Source: Ostreococcus lucimarinus
Lineage: Eukaryota
NCBI GenBank assembly: GCA_000092065.1
Contig: CP000595.1
DNA: 64,000 nucleotides
Direction: 5' to 3' (one strand)
In this document: positions 61,399 to 64,000 of the stretch, piece by piece
How positions within the stretch are numbered: position 1 is the stretch's first letter
Layout of the letters: each line of letters opens with the position of its first letter
Program-made: the position numbers and the translations under genes
The notes under the pieces: model-generated
The model's database searches: none
The model's input: the letters and a program-made list of their open reading frames with translations, nothing else
Told to the model about the DNA's origin: nothing

Positions 61399-61556
61399 AT
61401 GTCGACACGCATGTCGACATATTTACCCACGCGCGTGTACGCATTGAACCCCGTGATGCATCTATATACGAAAAACGTCTCGACGCACATGTCGACATAT
61501 TTACCCCACGCGCGTGTACGCATTGAACCCCGTGATGCATCTATATACGAAACAGA
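61399..61556. promoter_or_regulatory. Tandemly repeated ~78-bp element (about 2.2 copies) carrying three exact ZDRE-type motifs, in the divergent promoter between the ZIP gene (minus) and the LHC gene (plus)
   Basis: ATGTCGACAC at 61399-61408 and ATGTCGACAT at 61411-61420 and 61489-61498. The repeat unit gtcgacatatttacc(c)cacgcgcgtgtacgcattgaaccccgtgatgcatctatatacgaaa starts at 61413 and 61491. It lies 233-392 bp upstream of the ZIP ATG. Confidence 0.65.
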
Positions 61557-61626
61557 TAAATGCACGAAATACACGGTGGTAAACAGACCCCGAATGCGAT
61601 GCGCACGGACGTTCGAGCGCGCAAAA

Positions 61627-61678
61627 AGCGCGATCGAGCGAGCGATCCGATCCGCGCGCGATCGCTCGCTCGATCGCG
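61627..61678. promoter_or_regulatory. Perfect 20-bp inverted repeat (hairpin) with a 12-nt spacer, immediately upstream of the LHC start codon
   Basis: gcgcgatcgagcgagcgatc at 61627-61646 and its exact reverse complement gatcgctcgctcgatcgcgc at 61659-61678, 38 bp before the ATG at 61716. Confidence 0.6.
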
Positions 61679-61715
61679 CGCGTCGCCACACGCCGACGAC
61701 GCGCGCGCACTCGCG

Positions 61716-61853
61716 ATGTTCAAGACGAAAGCCCCCGCGCCGAAGACGGCGGTGAAGAAATCCGCGCCGGCGAAGAAGGCGCCGGCGAAGAAGGCGCCGG
61801 CGAAGAAGGTCGCGGCGAAGAAGGCGCCCGTTCGCAAGGCGGGCGACGACGAG
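61716..61853 (+). CDS. Putative exon 1 of a light-harvesting chlorophyll a/b-binding protein gene, Lys/Ala/Pro-rich (tentative)
   Basis: MFKTKAPAPKTAVKKSAPAKKAPAKKAPAKKVAAKKAPVRKAGDDE followed by a GAG|GTGCGA donor. Joined in phase to the next exon through a tag|CTC acceptor at 62259/62260. There is no classic transit peptide, so the assignment is uncertain. Confidence 0.35.
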
Positions 61854-62259
61854 GTGCGACGCGAACGACGACGATCGCGACGACCGGGCGCGCGCGACGA
61901 CGCGATGGCGCGCGCGACGACGCGATTGAATGGGAAGAATATTCGCGGCGCGCGTCGGGCGGGGACGGCGCGACGCGCGGCGGGAGGGGAGACGGGAAGG
62001 CGATGGATGCGCGGACGGGGACGATATCCTGGAGATATGGTTTGACGCGCGCGACGCGGGCGCGAGACGCGAGGGCGGCGCGCGGCGCGAGACGGTCGCG
62101 AACGATCGAGAGGGAGAGAAATCGTGGACGCGCGCGCGGTGCGGGACGGATCGGCGGGTCGACGCGCGCGGTGGGCGACGCGGGAGGGCGCGACGCGAAG
62201 ACGACGAGACGACGCGAGACGGAGGACTGACGGCGAACGCTCGCGTTCTCGCGCGATAG

Positions 62260-62345
62260 CTCTGGCGTCCGGGTGCCGTGCGACCGGCGTGGTTGGATGG
62301 CTCTCTCCCGGGTGACCGTGGATTCGATCCGTTCAACTTGTCCAA
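62260..62345 (+). CDS. LHC exon encoding the conserved N-terminal motif
   Basis: [29 protein letters not shown] matches the LHC N-terminal WLPG...LDGSLPGD(F/Y)GFDPLGL consensus. An in-frame TAG lies just upstream (62257-62259), so it must be an internal exon. A GTGCGT donor is at 62346. Confidence 0.6.
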
Positions 62346-62428
62346 GTGCGTGTGGCGACGTGACGCGATGCGACGCGAGCGCGCGAGACGCGTCGACGAA
62401 TCGCAGACTGACGGCGTTTGTTTCGCAG

Positions 62429-62987
62429 GCCGATTGAATACGTTCAATTCGATCTTGACGCTCTCGATGGCTCCGCCGCGACGAACCCGGCGGGTCGGGT
62501 GATCGGTAAGCTCAAGAAGACCGACAACAAGCCGAAGGCGCGCGCGATCGTGCCGTACGACGAGTCCTTCGACATCATGCGCTTCCGCGAGTGCGAACTC
62601 TTGCACTCTCGCTGGGCCATGCTCGGCTTGGTCGGCGCCACCGCCGCGGAAGCCGCCACGGGTATCTCCTGGGCCGACGCCGGTAAGGTTGAACTTGAAC
62701 AACCGCAATACCTCGGCTTCCCGCTCCCGGGCTTGTCCGTCGCCTCCTTGACGGCGATTGAAGTGCTCGCGATGGGTTACCTCGAAGTCGCCCGCTCGGC
62801 GGAGCTCGACCAAAACAAGCGCATGTACCCGGGCGGCGCGTTCGACCCGCTCGGCTACGTCGCCAACGCCGACGCCGAGGAGGAATTCCGCCTCAAGACG
62901 GCTGAACTCAAGCACGGTCGCTTGGCAATGGTGGGCATGTTGATCATCTCCATCGAAGCCGCGGCCGGCCACGGCGTGCTTCCGTAA
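62429..62987 (+). CDS. LHC main exon (chlorophyll a/b-binding, green-lineage type)
   Basis: [21 protein letters not shown] (helix 1), [32 protein letters not shown] (helix 3). A cag acceptor at 62426-62428 keeps phase with the previous exon (AA+G gives K, then [10 protein letters not shown]). Confidence 0.8.
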
Positions 62988-63241
62988 GCGAGCGATGTGA
63001 GCTGTTGAACATCGAAGCGCGCGACGATTCAAATCCGCCGAAACTCGCGAGGGTCGACGCCGATCGCGACGCCGCGCGCGTCAATTAGCGAATCATCATC
63101 ATTTACCTTAGCACCTTCGTCATGTATCGCAGGAAGACGCACGATTAATCGCTCGACGCTTTCGCTCGTCGCGCGCGCAAACCTCGTCGTCGCGCGAGCT
63201 AACCCTCGGCGCGCACGCCCCGCACACCCGCGCGACGCACC

Positions 63242-64000
63242 ATGCTCGCGCGCGCGTGCGGCTTCCCCCGAGCGAGCGCGCGATTCTGTCACCGCGCGTC
63301 CGCGTCGTCCTCGCGCGCGTCGCGCGCGCGCGCGCGCGTCGGCGTCGCCGTTTCCGCGCGCGTCGTGGCGAACGACCGCGAACGACGCGCGTCTTTCGAC
63401 GCCGATGACGCCTCGCGCGACGGCGCGCGCGCGACGCGACGGCGCTCGAACGAACGACCGCGACGACGCGCCGTCGCGCGCGCGGCGAGCGGGACGGACG
63501 ACGAGCCACCGGCGCCGCTGTACGTCAAGATACCGCTGGGCTTCGCGTACGCGGCGCTCACGTACGCGGCGGCGTGCAACGCCTTCATGTGGACGCTCGA
63601 TCTGAGCGCGCCGATCATCGAGGGACCGACGAGCTTGGTGGTTGGACGACTGTGCGTCGCCCTCGGGGCGACGCTGCTCGCGGGATTGAACTTTTGGCCG
63701 CAGGCGGAGAAACAGTTGGGACGGTGCGCGCGAACGTTCGCGTCGAAGGAATCGAGCGAACGATTAAAGGCGGACGCCGCGAAGTTCGCCGCCATGGTCG
63801 CGATGAAGATGGGGTTTGAGTTTTACGCGTATTGGAAGGCGCTGACGTCGTTCACGCCGTGCAGTCAATCGCTCGAGTTGCCGGCGTGGTACGGGTTGGC
63901 GTTCGTCGGGCACGCGACCTTCGTCGCCGCGAGCTCAAAGATTCTCGGCCCGGGCGGCGCGTCCACGGAGGACGTGCCGTTACAGATGCGCAAACTCATC
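63242..64000 (+). CDS. 5' part of a gene for a hypothetical membrane protein with a transit-peptide-like N-terminus. It continues past the window end
   Basis: Manual translation gives MLARACGFPRASARFCHRASASSSRASRARARVGVAVSARVVANDRERRASF...PPAPLYVKIPLGFAYAALTYAAACNAFMWTLDLSAPIIEGPTSLVVGRLCVALGATLLAGLNFWPQAEKQL...MGFEFYAYWKALTSFTPCSQSLELPAWYGLAFVGHATFVAASSKILGPGG, with no stop through 64000. It is absent from the track for that reason. Confidence 0.5.
   Translation, partial: MLARACGFPRASARFCHRASASSSRASRARARVGVAVSARVVANDRERRASFDADDASRDGARATRRRSNERPRRRAVARAASGTDDEPPAPLYVKIPLGFAYAALTYAAACNAFMWTLDLSAPIIEGPTSLVVGRLCVALGATLLAGLNFWPQAEKQLGRCARTFASKESSERLKADAAKFAAMVAMKMGFEFYAYWKALTSFTPCSQSLELPAWYGLAFVGHATFVAASSKILGPGGASTEDVPLQMRKLI

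Noticed and set aside
59625-63032. 633-aa plus-strand ORF over the ZIP2 gene, and the 1118-aa minus-strand ORF extending ZIP2 across the LHC gene
   Set aside because: The plus ORF is Arg-rich antisense noise. The N-terminal 620 aa of the minus ORF is antisense to the LHC exons and the promoter repeat, and only the C-terminal roughly 500 aa is a real ZIP protein.
1-64000. Possibility that the window is prokaryotic or viral, given the long uninterrupted ORFs and high GC
   Set aside because: The gene content (LHC, AP-2 mu, proteasome beta, SSU72, DHHC, MYND, kringle/EGF), GT..AG introns, TATA-containing divergent promoters and AT-richer 3' UTR islands are eukaryotic nuclear features. No rRNA, tRNA, CRISPR or operon-like structure was seen.

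Overview
This 64-kb window is GC-rich, compact, intron-poor nuclear DNA from a photosynthetic eukaryote. Intergenic regions and 5' gene ends are about 70-80% GC and CGCG-rich. The supporting gene content is a green-lineage LHC with an [11 protein letters not shown] helix, an alpha-glucan water dikinase, a CbbY-type HAD phosphatase, a plant-type ACT-repeat protein, and GT..AG introns in two or three genes. This fits a prasinophyte or Mamiellophyceae-like picoalga, but the sequence alone cannot confirm that. I call about 30 protein-coding genes. Many long GC-rich antisense ORFs in the track are artefacts of stop-codon-poor sequence. Two real genes are missing from the track because they run off the window ends, and one is a 57-aa ORF below the size cutoff. 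The first 26.7 kb is a head-to-head pair of giant single-exon genes for PSI/EGF/cadherin-like-repeat surface proteins. One is a 7684-aa protein that also carries kringle, somatomedin-B and Notch-LNR-like modules and ends in a roughly 13-TM region with a voltage-sensor-like S1-S4 domain and no pore. The body of this block is about 50-57% GC, against about 68% for the rest of the window. The remainder holds housekeeping genes (AP-2 mu, proteasome beta, SSU72, DHHC, LUSTR, PITH, PRKRIP1-like, ANK-MYND, DSP). It also contains (i) a recent >99%-identical 2.53-kb segmental duplication that carries PYROXD1 next to a convergent adrenodoxin-type ferredoxin and leaves truncated gene fragments at its edges. 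(ii) An NRPS-like A-T didomain gene with ankyrin/ARM repeats. (iii) Most notably, an apparent zinc-homeostasis regulon. Two ZIP transporters, a COG0523/CobW GTPase and two paralogous bZIP factors with a C-terminal CPC motif all lie next to exact plant-type ZDRE palindromes (RTGTCGACAY), six copies in all. These 10-mers were not found elsewhere in the window by visual scan; whether they occur elsewhere in the genome cannot be judged from this window.
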